From the NCBI RefSeq assembly GCF_006345805.1, contig NC_043023.1, forward strand, positions 14,012,001-14,076,000: a stretch of DNA of 64,000 nt. The letters run 5' to 3'. The stretch is from Octopus sinensis (taxonomy: Eukaryota). Below, one piece after another: positions 1 to 10,969 of this stretch. Each line of letters opens with the position of its first letter. Position 1 is the first letter of the stretch. The notes under the pieces are model-generated. The model was not told the origin of the DNA. It saw only the letters and a list, made by a program, of their open reading frames with translations, and ran no database searches. Position numbers and translations under genes: made by a program.

Positions 1-565
1 TGGCTGTGTGGTAAGTAGCTTGCTAACCAACCACATGGTTCCGGGTTCAGTCCCACTGTGTGGCATCTTGGGCAAGTGTCTTCTACTATAGCCCCGGGCC
101 GACCAATGCCTTGTGAGGGGATTTGGTAGACGGAAACTGAAAGAAGCCTGTCGTATATATGTATATAGGCGCAGGAGTGGCTGTGTGGTAAATAGCTTGC
201 TAACCAACCACATGGTTCAGGGTTCAGTCCCACTGCGTGGCATCTTGGGCAAGTGTCTTCTGCTATAGCCCCGGGCCGACCAATGCCTTGTGAGGGAATT
301 TGGTAGACGGAAACTGAAAGAAGCCTGTCGTATATATGTATGTATATGCGTGTGTGTGTTTGTGTGTCTGTGTTGTCCCCCTAGCATTGCTTGACAACCG
401 ATGCTGGTGTGATTACGTCCCCGTCACTTAGCGGTTCGGCAAAAAGAGACCGATAGAATAAGTACTGGGCTTACAAAAAGAATAAGTCCTGGGGTCGATT
501 TGCTCGACTAAAGGCGGTGCTCCAGCATGGCCGCAGTCAAATGACTGAAACAAGTAAGAGAGTAT
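1..565 (+). mobile_element. tRNA-derived SINE family A: truncated head (1-165) plus a full copy (168-565) with internal microsatellite
   Basis: A-box-like TGGCTGTGTGG and B-box-like GGTTCAGTCCC; the same ~400-bp head/(TA,TG)n/tail unit recurs about 10 times in the window. Confidence 0.9.
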
Positions 566-583
566 TCCTTTCAATAATATCGA

Positions 584-830
584 TTACAAAACTTCTTTGT
601 AGACGATATATTCTGTTTGGTCGACACTAATTTTCAGATTACTGGAGTCTGTTTCTCTACTCATAGCGACGTATAACTGGCCGTGTGTAAACATCGGAGT
701 TGGTAAAAATACACCTGCACAATCTAAGTCTGGTCCTGTGCCTTGTTTGCTGTGGATGTATGAGCAGAATCTTTAGGAATCTGCCCATATCTGATGAGAA
801 ATACAGGGATATTATGGCAAATCTAAATCT
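584..830 (-). mobile_element. Helitron Pif1-like helicase C-terminal remnant (frameshifted)
   Basis: Minus strand reads NKAQDQT/LDCAGVFLPTPMFTHGQLYVAMSRETDSSNLKISVDQTEYIVYKEVL*, matching the Helitron helicase end TINKAQGQ..PVFSHGQLYVA.SR..NIVY.EVL. Confidence 0.75.
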
Positions 831-1134
831 TCTAAATTCACGAACTATACGGAGTGTTGAGAGGGAATACAGTCAATCCTCGTTACTAGAATTTTAGCAA
901 AAAATATCAAAGGTGATCTATTAATACAAAACTCAATATCCACTAAATAATCTTACATTTTCCACATGATTTTTGCTAAAAACCTTCCTGATTTCCTCCT
1001 TCATTATCCCAAAAGACATCGTGAACATTGATCCAGCCGTTTGACCGTGAAAAGGGAACACGCAGACAGACATAACGCCCATTATAATAAGATGAGCAAA
1101 ACGCCCCCCGTCCAATGGATGGTGCAGAGTTCTC

Positions 1135-1555
1135 TCTCTTTACTCTTTTACTTGTTTCAGTCATTTGACTGCGGCCATGCTGGAACACTGCCTTTAATCA
1201 AGCAAATCGACCCCGGGACTTATTCTTTTTGTAAGCCCAGTACTTATTCTATCGGTCTCTTTTTGCCGAACCGCTAAGTGATGGGGACGTAAACACACCA
1301 GCATCGGTTGTCAAGCAATGCTTGGGGGACAAACACAGACACACACACACACATGCATACATATATACATGTATATATATATACATATATACGACAGGCT
1401 TCTTTCAGTTTCCGTCTACCAAATCCACTCACAAGGCATTGGTCGGCCCAGGGCTATAGTAGAAGACACTTGTCCAAGATGCCACGCAGTGGGACTGAAC
1501 CCGGAACCATGTGGTTGGTTAGCAAGCTACTTACCACACAGCCACTCCTGTGCCT
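1135..1555 (-). mobile_element. SINE family A, full length
   Basis: Reverse complement of the 168-565 unit. Confidence 0.9.
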
Positions 1556-2367
1556 ATTGTCAAACATTTAAACCAAATTTTCTCAAAACAACTTGTCCAA
1601 CCGTTCCATAGGCCTCCCCTTTGAGAAACACTAATTTAACCTAAATTTGAGACACCAACAAAATAAGAAATATAGACTTTTTTTCTATTCCAAAGAAAAA
1701 CGATTTTATTCACACAAACGTGCAACTGAAGAGTTTAAAGTACCAGTAATGATAAGGCTGTTGACTTGGAGAACACAAACATGGTTTAAACATTAAGCTT
1801 AGCAGGAAAAAAATGTGCTTTTAAGCAGGACAAAAACAACAAAAAATGGAAGGTGCAGTTATGTACAGGTTGACGGAAGAAAAGCAGGACAACAACGGCT
1901 TTATTGATCGCATTCTCACCTGGAATCGATTTTTGTAATTTTTTCAAGACTTATACACGCCCTGATACCATGACAACTTGCTAGGGCTGCCTGCTGGAGC
2001 CTATGCGGCAGGTATTTAAAGAGAAAAATTTGACAAGACAGTCGGTCACCGGCTGACACTCGCTGACGATACATCGAAGAGGCCAAGGAACAGAAGAAAG
2101 AAGACATGCACCCAACACCAGAGCTAAAGACATCTCCGAAAGGGGGGGCCCTGCCACATGAAAACGGTAGAGGAGTAGGGGCCGAAACTGGACATGGTTC
2201 CTCCTGATGATGTCTTGAACTAACTGGATCCTATAAAGGAGCTGTTGTGGTAGCAGACCAAGCAACATGGTTGAAATTCCCCATATCAAATTTGAGCGCA
2301 ATTGGATGGAGGATGCCTGAGATCCTAGAAGACACACAGACAGACAGAACGGATTTTATATAATAAT

Positions 2368-2580
2368 GGAGGCAAGCTGGCAGAATTGTTAGCATGCTGG
2401 ACAAAATGCTTAGTGGCATTTTATCCAACTTCACGTTCTGAGTTCAAATTCCACTGAGGTTGACTTTGTCTTTCATCCTTTCAGGGTTGATAAAACAGGA
2501 ACCGGCTGAGGGCTGGGATTAATGTAATGGACTCACTCTTCCCTGAATTTGCTTGCCTTGTGCCGAAATCTAAAACCAAT
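2368..2580 (+). mobile_element. Degenerate CORE-type SINE (family B)
   Basis: ggaggcaagctggcagaattgttagc head and CORE-like gttgactttgtctttcatcctttcagggttgataaa. Confidence 0.75.
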
Positions 2581-2667
2581 GGATGATAATGGAAGACCCA
2601 TGAATTGGTTGTGGATTGCAAGAAAATATCAAAGATCTGCAGTTAAGGAGATGATGGGTGGTAGATA

Positions 2668-3155
2668 TGTTTCTTTACTGCCCACAAGGGGCTAAACACA
2701 GAGGGGACAAACAAGGACAGACAAACGGATTAAGTCGATTACATCAACCCCAGTACGTAACTGGTACTTTATTTATCGACCTCCGAAAGGATGAAAGGTA
2801 AAGTCGACCTCGGTGGAATTTGAACTCAGAACATAACGGCAGACGAAATACCTATTTCTTTACTACCCACAAGGGGCTAAACATAGAGGAGACAAACAAG
2901 GACAGAGACAGATTAAGTCGATTATATCAACCCCAGTGTGTAACTGGTACTTAATTTATCGACCCCCCCCCCCAAAGGATGAAAGGCAAAGTCGAGCTTG
3001 GAGGAATTTGAACTCAGAACGTAACGGCAGACGAAATACCTATTTCTTTACTACCCACAAGGGGCTAAACACAGAGGGGATAAACAAGGACAAAGGGATT
3101 AAGTTGATTACATTGACCCCAGTGCGTAACTGGTACTTAATTTATCGACCCCGAA
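2668..3155 (-). mobile_element. Three tandem 3'-part copies of CORE-type SINE B
   Basis: tttctttactacccacaaggggctaaacacagag... starts at ~2670, ~2855 and ~3045. Confidence 0.85.
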
Positions 3156-3637
3156 AGACATTCCAGCCATGACCACATCTTTTATTCAGGCATAGTTTAT
3201 CTAGGACTCCATCATCTAATGTATAGTAATTTTAGTGGGTATAGTTGTAGCTCTTTAACCCCAGGTTAGTGCTGATTCAGTAGACATATGATCAAAAACG
3301 TTCCATCTGTGACCATCCCATATTAGACATGTATCTAAGATTAAGTTATCTAATGTACATTCTGGTAGTTAGTATTAGTAGCTTTACTTATTGTTTAGCC
3401 CTTGGTTGGGCCTGATCCAGTAGACCTACGATCAGACGTTCCATCTGTGACCATCCTGTCTTTTATTCAGCCAGTGTATCTTGGACTACATTTTCTAATG
3501 TATAGTATAGTGGCTATAGTTGGTTTTTAACCTTAGTTCATATCCAATAAACCTGTGATCAGACGTTCCATTTGTGACCATCTCATCTTTTATTCAGCCA
3601 TAGTGTATCTTGGACTATCTTATCCATAGTATAGCTG

Positions 3638-3672
<35 letters not shown>

Positions 3673-3702
3673 GCTGTCTAAGAGTCCGTAAGTCAACAAG
3701 AA
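3156..3702. repeat. Diverged 135-bp-family units plus (TG)n; paralogous to 7706-8080
   Basis: Colinear similarity to 7706-8080, from gacattccagccatgaccac to gtaagtcaacaagaaa. Confidence 0.85.
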
Positions 3703-3816
3703 AGGATGAAAGGCAAAGTCGACCTCAGCGGAATTTGAACTCAGAACGTAGCGGCAGACGAAATACGGCAATGCATTTCGCCCGGCGTGCTAACGTTTCT
3801 GCCAGCTTGCCGCCTT
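3700..3816 (-). mobile_element. 5' half of CORE-type SINE B (continuation of 3040-3155)
   Basis: ggatgaaaggcaaagtcgacctc...gccagcttgccgcct continues exactly from atcgaccccgaaa at ~3155. Confidence 0.85.
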
Positions 3817-3947
3817 TTACATATTGCCAATCAATCTCACTCCTATCTCATTTTCTCCATAAGGGGGGGGGGGTGTTCAAGGACCGGAGGCCAGTCTTCT
3901 ATTTTTAAATCAATTTATTTTTTATACTTTTTAATTTTATTTTCAAA

Positions 3948-4345
3948 GGAGTGGCTGTGTGGTAAGTAGCTTGCTAACCAACCACATGGTTCCGGGTTCA
4001 GTCCCACTGCGTGGCATCTTTGGCAAGTGTCTTCTGCTATAGCCCCGGGCCAACCAATGCCTTGTGAGTGGATTTGGTAGACGGAAATTGAAAGAAGCCC
4101 GTCGTAGGAACATAATGATTCTACATCATGACAATTAGTTATTTTATTATGTGTGTGTGTGTCCCTAGCATTGCTTGACAACCGATGCTGGTGTGTTTAT
4201 GTCCCCGTTACTTAGCGGTTCAGCAAAAGAGACCGATAGAATAAGTACTGGGCTTACAAAAGAATAAGTCCTGGGGTCGAGTTGCTCGATTAAAAGGTGG
4301 TGCTCCAGCATGGCCGCAGTCAAATGACTGAAACAGGTAAAAGAG
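3948..4345 (+). mobile_element. SINE family A
   Basis: Same head and tail as 168-565. Confidence 0.9.
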
Positions 4346-4484
4346 ATGTGGTTGGGTTGATTAGCTGTCCATTATTCTATGAAGGGGTCAGTAATATTTC
4401 CCAGCCCCTTCTCTCCATCTTCCTATTTCATCCTCTAATCCATCATCCCTCTATGCTATATCTACTGTTGTGTCCCCTAATCTC

Positions 4485-4701
4485 TTTTACTCTTTCACTT
4501 GTTTCAGTCATTTGACTGCGGCCATGCTGGAGCACCGCCTTTAGTCGAGCAAATCGACCCCGGGACTTATTCTTTTTGTAAGCCCAGTACTTATTCTATC
4601 GGTCTCTTTTGCCGAACCGCTAAGTGACGGGACGTAAACACACCAGCATCGGTTGTCAAACATGCTAGGGGGACAAACACAGACACAGAAACACCACACA
4701 T

Positions 4702-4748
<47 letters not shown>

Positions 4749-4871
4749 TACGACAGGCTTCTTTCAGTTTCCGTCTACCAAATCCACTCACAAGGCTTGG
4801 TTGGCCCGGGGCTATAGCAGAAGACACTTGCCCAAGATGCCACGCAGTGGGACTGAACCCGGAACCATGTG
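4485..4871 (-). mobile_element. SINE family A, inverted relative to 3948-4345
   Basis: Reverse complement of the family A unit, 5' end slightly truncated. Confidence 0.9.
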
Positions 4872-4980
4872 TTTGGTTCTCTATACTGTAGTGTCCCCTC
4901 ATCCATAATCTTATTCTATATTTCCACCACCCCTTCATATCATGTCCCCTAATCTATAATCTCTATTTTCTCCCTTACAG

Positions 4981-5064
4981 CTCCTATTGATTCAGCTTTT
5001 ATATCTGGTGACAAGAGAACTTTTGATGGGGAGCCACTACACTAACCCTACACTTTAAAGGGAG
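4981..5064 (+). CDS. TMEM130: TMEM130-like protein, internal exon (apparent 1-nt deletion)
   Basis: Polypyrimidine tract plus CAG acceptor (4980) and GTAAGT donor (5065). Reads (A)PIDSAFISGDKRTFDG / ATTLTLHFKG(S) only if one base is added between 5027 and 5041. Confidence 0.65.
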
Positions 5065-5151
5065 GTAAGTAAGATGATCTTGTTTCTATAACACCAGGTC
5101 GTCTCTTATAGGACAGTTCTATGGCACAGGGTAAATGGAGACAAACAGCAA

Positions 5152-5420
5152 GGTGCAACCTGCAAAATTTTTTTCCCACGAGAGTTCTGGACCCCAGAAA
5201 TGAACTTTTTTCCCCTTACTGTTTTACAAGTCATGGTTGAAACAAGAACAACAAGCATTATTAAGAGAAAAGAAGCATGGTCATTCCTTACCCAAGTGAC
5301 CGTATCCATCACTTATGCGCTCATAAATTAGTTTGATAGTTGAGCTCTGATTGGCTGTATGCAAATGAGTTCATAACTGGGGTCCAGAACTCTCGTGGGG
5401 AAAAAATTTCACATGTGGCT
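5152..5420. repeat. Intronic inverted repeat (arms ~5152-5206 and ~5368-5420)
   Basis: aaatttttttcccacgagagttctggaccccag..atgaact is the reverse complement of agttcat..ctggggtccagaactctcgtggggaaaaaattt. Confidence 0.8.
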
Positions 5421-5514
5421 CACGGCTGTTTCTTCCTTGTGATATCATGTTTCTGTGGAGCGGATAACACAGCACACTACTACACCGTTTCTGTTATTGC
5501 TGTTTGTTGCCTGT

Positions 5515-6000
5515 CGTCGCCCATCGTTGCCTGCCTGCCTACCCATCGTCGCCTGCCTGCCTACCCATCGTCGCCTGCCTGCCTACCCATCGTCGCCTGC
5601 CTGCCTACCCATCGTCGCCTGCCTGCCTACCCATCGTCGCCTGCCTGCCTACCCATCGTCGCCTGCCTGCCTACCCATCGTCGCCTGCCTGCCTACCCAT
5701 CATCGCCTGCCTGCCTACCCATCGTCGCCTGCCTGCCTACCCATTCGCCTGCCTGCCTACCCATCGTCGCCTGCCTGCCTACCCGGCGTCGCCTGCCTAC
5801 CCGGCGTCGCCTGCCTGCCTGTCGGTTGCCTGCCTGCCTGTTGGTTGCCTGTCTGCCTGCCTGCCTGCCTGTCGCTGCCTGTCGTCGCCTGCCTGTCGCT
5901 GCCTGCCTGCCTGTCGGTTGCCTGTCGCTGCCTGCCTGTCGCCTACCTGCCTGCCCATTGCCTGTCGCTGCCTGCCTGTCTGTTGTTGCCTGTCGGTTGC
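5515..6000. repeat. 22-bp GC-rich minisatellite (cgtcgcctgcctgcctacccat) decaying into (GCCT)n
   Basis: Direct reading; the 22-aa periodicity in all three + frames fits 3 x 22 bp. Confidence 0.95.
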
Positions 6001-6041
6001 CAACTCCTCTCGGTCACTCACCTCCATTCTATATTTCACAG

Positions 6042-6247
6042 TGGTCCTGTCCGGTTCTGCTGGACACTGCTTCCCTCACAGAATGAAGCTGTGTGTATTG
6101 AAGATGTCCTGACAAATGGCTCCCTCTCAGGGTCCTGTTCCATCCTTGTACAACCAAACAACACCGGAACCTTCTCATTGCTAGGCAACGTCAGTAATTA
6201 CATCAGCTGGAGGAATGTGAAATATTCCTTTGAAGTAATACCAAAAG
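6042..6247 (+). CDS. TMEM130: TMEM130-like protein, membrane-proximal ectodomain exon
   Basis: CAG acceptor at 6041 and GTAAG donor at 6248. GPVRFCWTLLPSQNEAVC...NNTGTFSLLGNVSNYISWRNVKYSFEVIPK resembles recalled TMEM130 GSPPLTVCW...PGDYCFSIRAENIIS; its phase-1 end fits the next exon. Confidence 0.8.
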
Positions 6248-6362
6248 GTAAGACAGCTGCTATTTTTTAACCCCGAGTCTTGATCCTCCAGACCTATACA
6301 CCATCTAGTGTACAGTGGCTGTAGTTATTGTTAGTGCTGATCCAGTAGACATGATCAAAGAT

Positions 6363-7760
6363 GCTCCAGCTGTGACCATCCCAACTTTTATTCAGGCATA
6401 GTGTATCTAGGACTACATTATCTGATGTATAGTAGTTAGTTTCAGTGGCTATAGTTGCTGTTTAGACCCAGGTCAGTCCTGATCCAGCATACCTATAGAC
6501 ATTCCAGCCATGACCACATCTTTTATTCAGGCATAGTGTATCTAGGACTACATTATCTGATGTATAGTAGTTAGTTTCAGTGGCTATTGTTGCTGTTTAG
6601 CCCCAGGTCGGTCCTGATCCAGCATACCTATAGACATTCCAGCCATGACCACATCTTTTATTCAGGCATAGTGTATCTAGGACTACATTATCTGATGTAT
6701 AGTAGTTAGTTTTAGTGGCTATTGTTGCTGTTTAGCCCCAGTCGGTCCTGATCCAGCATACCTATAGACATTCCAGCCATGACCACATCTTTTATTCAGG
6801 CATAGTGTATCTAGGACTACTTATCTGATGTATAGTAGTTAGTTTTAGTGGCTATTGTTGCTGTTTAGCCCCAGGTCGGTCCTGATCCAGCATACCTATA
6901 GACATTCCAGCCATGACCACATCTTTTATTCAGGCATAGTGTATCTAGGACTACATTATCTGATGTATAGTAGTTAGTTTTAGTGGCTATTGTTGCTGTT
7001 TAGCCCCAGGTCGGTCCTGATCCAGCATACCTATAGACATTCCAGCCATGACCACATCTTTTATTCAGGCATAGTGTATCTAGGACTACATTATCTGATG
7101 TATAGTAGTTAGTTTTAGTGACTATAGTTGCTGTTTAGCCCCAGGTCGGTCCTGATCCAGCATACCTATAGACATTCCAGCCATGACCACATCTTTTATT
7201 CAGGCATAGTGTATCTAGGACTACATATCTGATGTAGTAGTTAGTTTTAGTGACTATAGTTGCTGTTTAGCCCCAGGTAGGTCCTGATCCAGCATACCAT
7301 AGACATTCCAGCCATGACCACATCTTTTATTCAGGCATAGTGTATCTAGGACTACATTATCTGATGTATAGAGTTAGTTTTAGTGGCTATAGTTGCTGTT
7401 TCGACCCAGGTCAGTCCTGATCCAGCATACCTATAGACATTCCAGCCATGACCACATCTTTTATTCAGGCATAGTGTATCTAGGACTACATTATCTGATG
7501 TATAGTAGTTAGTTTTAGTGACTATAGTTGCTGTTCAGCCCCAGGTAGGTCCTGATCCAGCATACCTATAGACATTCCAGCCATGACCACATCTTTTATT
7601 CAGGCATAGTGTATCTAGGACTACATTATCTGATGTATAGTAGTTAGTTTTAGTGACTATAGTTGCAGTTTAGACCCAGGTCAGTCCTGATCCAGCATAC
7701 CTATAGACATTCCAGCCATGACCACATCTTTTATTCAGGCATAGTTTATCTAGGACTCCA
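6363..7760. repeat. Intronic 135-bp tandem repeat, ~10 copies
   Basis: gacattccagccatgacc at 6498, 6633, 6767, 6901, 7036, 7171, 7302, 7436, 7571, 7706. Confidence 0.95.
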
Positions 7761-8096
7761 GGGTATAGTTGTTGCTCTTTAACCCCAGGTTAGTGCTGAT
7801 CCAGTAGACGTATCATCAAAAACGTTCCATCGGTGACCATCCCATATTAGACATGTATCTAGGATTAAGTTATCTAATGTACATTCTGGTAGTTAGTATT
7901 AGTGGCTTTACTTATTGTTTAGCCCTTGGTTGGTCCTGATCCAGTAGACTGATCAGACGTTCCATCTGTGACCATCCCATCTTTTATTCAGCCATAGTGT
8001 ATCTTGGACTACAATATCTTATCCATAGTATAGCTGTTAGTGTGTGTGTAAGCTGTCTAAGAGTCCATAAGTCAGCAAGAAATGTGTTCATATATA

Positions 8097-8281
8097 TTCT
8101 TTTACTTGTTTCAGTCATTTGACTGCGGCCATGCTGGAGCACCGCCTTTAATCGAGCAAATTGACCCCAGGATTTATTCTTTGTAAGCCTGGTACTTATT
8201 CTATCGGCCCCTTTTGCCAACCCGCTGAGTGACGGGGATATAAACACACCAGCATTGGTTGTCAAGCAATGCTAGGGGTCA

Positions 8282-8327
<46 letters not shown>

Positions 8328-8712
8328 CACACATGCACACATGCACACGCATATATCAGGTGGCACGTAAAAAGCACCCACTACACTCACAGAGTGGTTG
8401 GTGTTAGGAAGGGCATTCAGCTGTAGAAACATTGCCAGATAAGACTGGAGCCTGGTGCAGCCTTCTGGCTTCCCAGATCCCCGGTCGAACTGTCCAACCC
8501 ATGCTAGCATGGAGAACGGACGTTAAACGATGATGATGATGATATATATACGATGGGCTTCTTTCAGTTTCCATCTACCAAATCCACTCACAAGGCTTTG
8601 GTCGGCCCGACGCTATAGTAGAAGACACTTGCCCAAGGTGCCACGCAGTGGGACTGAACCCGGAACCATGTGGTTCGTAAACAAGCTACTTACCACACAG
8701 CTACTCCTGTGC
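8097..8712 (-). mobile_element. SINE family A with a nested (GAT)n-tailed element in its microsatellite
   Basis: Family A tail at 8097-8345 and head at 8543-8712 flank the inserted element. Confidence 0.85.
8358..8542 (+). mobile_element. (GAT)n-tailed retroelement 3' end (family D)
   Basis: ggtggcacgtaaaaagcacccac...ggacgttaaacgatgatgatgatgat; also at 17305-17482 and 58250-58553. Confidence 0.8.
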
Positions 8713-8749
8713 CTTTGTTCAATTTTTCTTTTTTTTCCTCTCTTTACAG

Positions 8750-9150
8750 CTAATATCAACACCATTGTACTCGTACCAGTCCTCATCGTTGCCGTGTTCA
8801 TGTCAGCCATGCTTTCCTACCTCGTGTTTCGAAACAGGAGGCAGAAGGTTCGAATCGTCGAGGCAGCTGATTTCGACTTCCATCCGGAACTGACCGCCGA
8901 GATCGAGATGTCGTCGTCGTTGGCCTACAGATTCTGTCCGGCGTTGTACCAGCTCTTTCAAAAGCTCCGCAGGAGCACCTGGGGAAGGGGAGGGGGAGGG
9001 CCCCGAAGGGTTGAGTTTGACGACAAAGTGCAGTTTTTCCCATCTCGCAAACGCTCCCTCAGTGTGCCCACCTTGCAGACGGGACACACAAACTATTACA
9101 GACAACAATCACAGAGTTTAACAGATCTTGACAGTATTTCTGATTCCTGA
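8750..9150 (+). CDS. TMEM130: TMEM130-like protein, terminal exon: TM helix plus cytoplasmic tail
   Basis: Strong acceptor (T-tract, ttacag at 8749). Encodes TM IVLVPVLIVAVFMSAMLSYLVF, stop-transfer RNRRQK and VEAADFDF (TMEM130 VEVADFDF, recalled); TGA at 9148-9150; in frame with the previous exon (G|CT = Ala). Confidence 0.85.
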
Positions 9151-10114
9151 TAAAACATTTTTCCTTTTTTTTTTGCCCTCTTTTTTTGCCCTTTTTTTTT
9201 TGCCAATTTTTTTTGCCCATTTTTTTTTTGCCCATTATTTCTCATTTTTTTTCCATTTGTCCATTTTTTTTCAATTTTTTTATATAAATTTTTTTGTAAA
9301 TAATAATCATCATAATGTTAATTTCTAATATTAGTAAATAGACACAAATCTGGGAAAAAGATAAATTTGATTTCATCAACCCCACAGTGATGAATGGTAA
9401 AGTTAGTATTCTATTATAATTCCATTCATATCCAGGATGTTTTATAGGAATACTAAATCAACCCCAGTATACCACTGGTATTATATTTCATCGACCACGA
9501 GAAAGACGAAAGCTAAATTAGCATTAGTCTTTGTTCGTGATTCCATTCACATCCAAGATGTTTTATAGGAATTACTAATTCTACCCCTGAAAGCAAATGG
9601 GGTGAGGAACAACTTCGCTGTGCAGCCCTTTAAAGTTTGTTAAATCTTTATTCACTAAGACACTACATTAAGCCAACCGGTGATGAAACACAAATAAAAC
9701 ATTGTACATAGACACTTCAAATATTATCCATACACATATTGTGTATATATGTGTTTTTTTTTGTTTTTTTTAAATAAATATATATATATATAATGGTTGT
9801 ATACTGTCAATCTAACAAGAACGTGACAGTAGGGGGTACACCACCGTTATATAGCCCTAGGAGGCATTGAACGCCTCCTGACAGCTTCGACACATTTTAT
9901 CCTGTGTCCTTATATACACATTATTATTTTGATAATATATATATATATATATACAAATTGAGAAAATGGAGAAACATACCTAAATCAATCATCAATCATC
10001 AGATAATACCCAATCAATACTTTATTAAACCATTACATAACAGCAATGACATTATACATAATATATTGCAAATATAACTAGACATGGAAATAGAAATAGA
10101 AAATACAATTACAT

Positions 10115-10230
10115 CATAGCTGACAGCTGTTTCGGCCGTGAAGACAGGTATGTCCCACTTAACCTTTTAGCCATATAAAGCAGGTATAAATGGGACATTA
10201 ACAAGAATGTCTCACGGCCTCTTCAGAGAA
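10115..10230 (-). ncRNA. Minimal hammerhead-ribozyme-like motif (Penelope-like remnant)
   Basis: CTGAAGA - 12-bp stem II (ggccgtgagaca/tgtcttcacggcc) - GAAA - palindromic ACAGCTGT - GTC; stem I only 2 bp. Confidence 0.5.
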
Positions 10231-10394
10231 TTTAATGTATATATGGTAAGAAACTTCTTTCCAAACAGCATGGTCTGGCTTCAGCCTCACAGCATAGCCC
10301 TGGAAATGTGTTCTGCTTTAATCTCAGGCTGATCGAAGCTTGTCGTGTGTACATATATATATATATAGATATAATTATATATATATATATATAT

Positions 10395-10436
<42 letters not shown>

Positions 10437-10509
10437 CGCACACTCCTCTCGTGAACATTGTATATATTTCAGTGTGTATAAATACATGTAAAACTGTATG
10501 AATATGTAT

Positions 10510-10903
10510 ACTCTTTTACTTGTTTCAGTCATTTGACTGTGGCCATGCTGGAGCACTGCCTTTAGTCGAGGAGATTGACCCCGGGACTTATTCTTTGTAA
10601 GCCCAGTACTTATTCTATCGGTCTCTTATGCCGAACCGCTAAGTGACAGGAACGTAAACACACCAGCATCGGTTGTCAAGCAACGCTAGGGGGACAGACA
10701 CACAAACACACATACACATACATATATATACATATATACGACGGGCTTCTTTCAGTTTCCGTCTACCAAATCCACTCACAAGGCATTGGTCGGCCCGGGG
10801 ATATAGCAGAAGACACTTGCCTAAGATGCCACGCAGTGGGACTGAACCCGGAACCATGTGGTTGGTTAGCAAGCTACTTACCACACAGCCACTCGTGCGC
10901 CTA
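10510..10903 (-). mobile_element. SINE family A
   Basis: Reverse complement of the family A unit. Confidence 0.9.
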
Positions 10904-10969
10904 TGTATGTATATATCTATATGAATACATGTTTGTGTATGAATGTATATTTATACATGATTGTGTATG

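Noticed and set aside
168-260. tRNA genes at SINE heads (here and at 12175, 18963, 24360, 24763)
   Set aside because: A/B boxes are present, but there is no complete cloverleaf and they continue into SINE bodies.
596-650. FVDDIFCL on the + strand as an RT YVDD motif
   Set aside because: Better explained as the antisense of the Helitron helicase end; no other RT motifs nearby.
1840-1930. LTEEK...FIDRILT as a mariner transposase fragment
   Set aside because: Too short and lacks the catalytic D context.
2175-2215. GAAA...CTGATGA as a type II hammerhead
   Set aside because: Stem II cannot pair (ggcc versus tgtc) and no convincing stems I/III.
5340-6041. 248/271/202-aa ORFs spanning the minisatellite
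   Set aside because: Translations of a 22-bp repeat; only the part after the acceptor at 6041 is exon-like.
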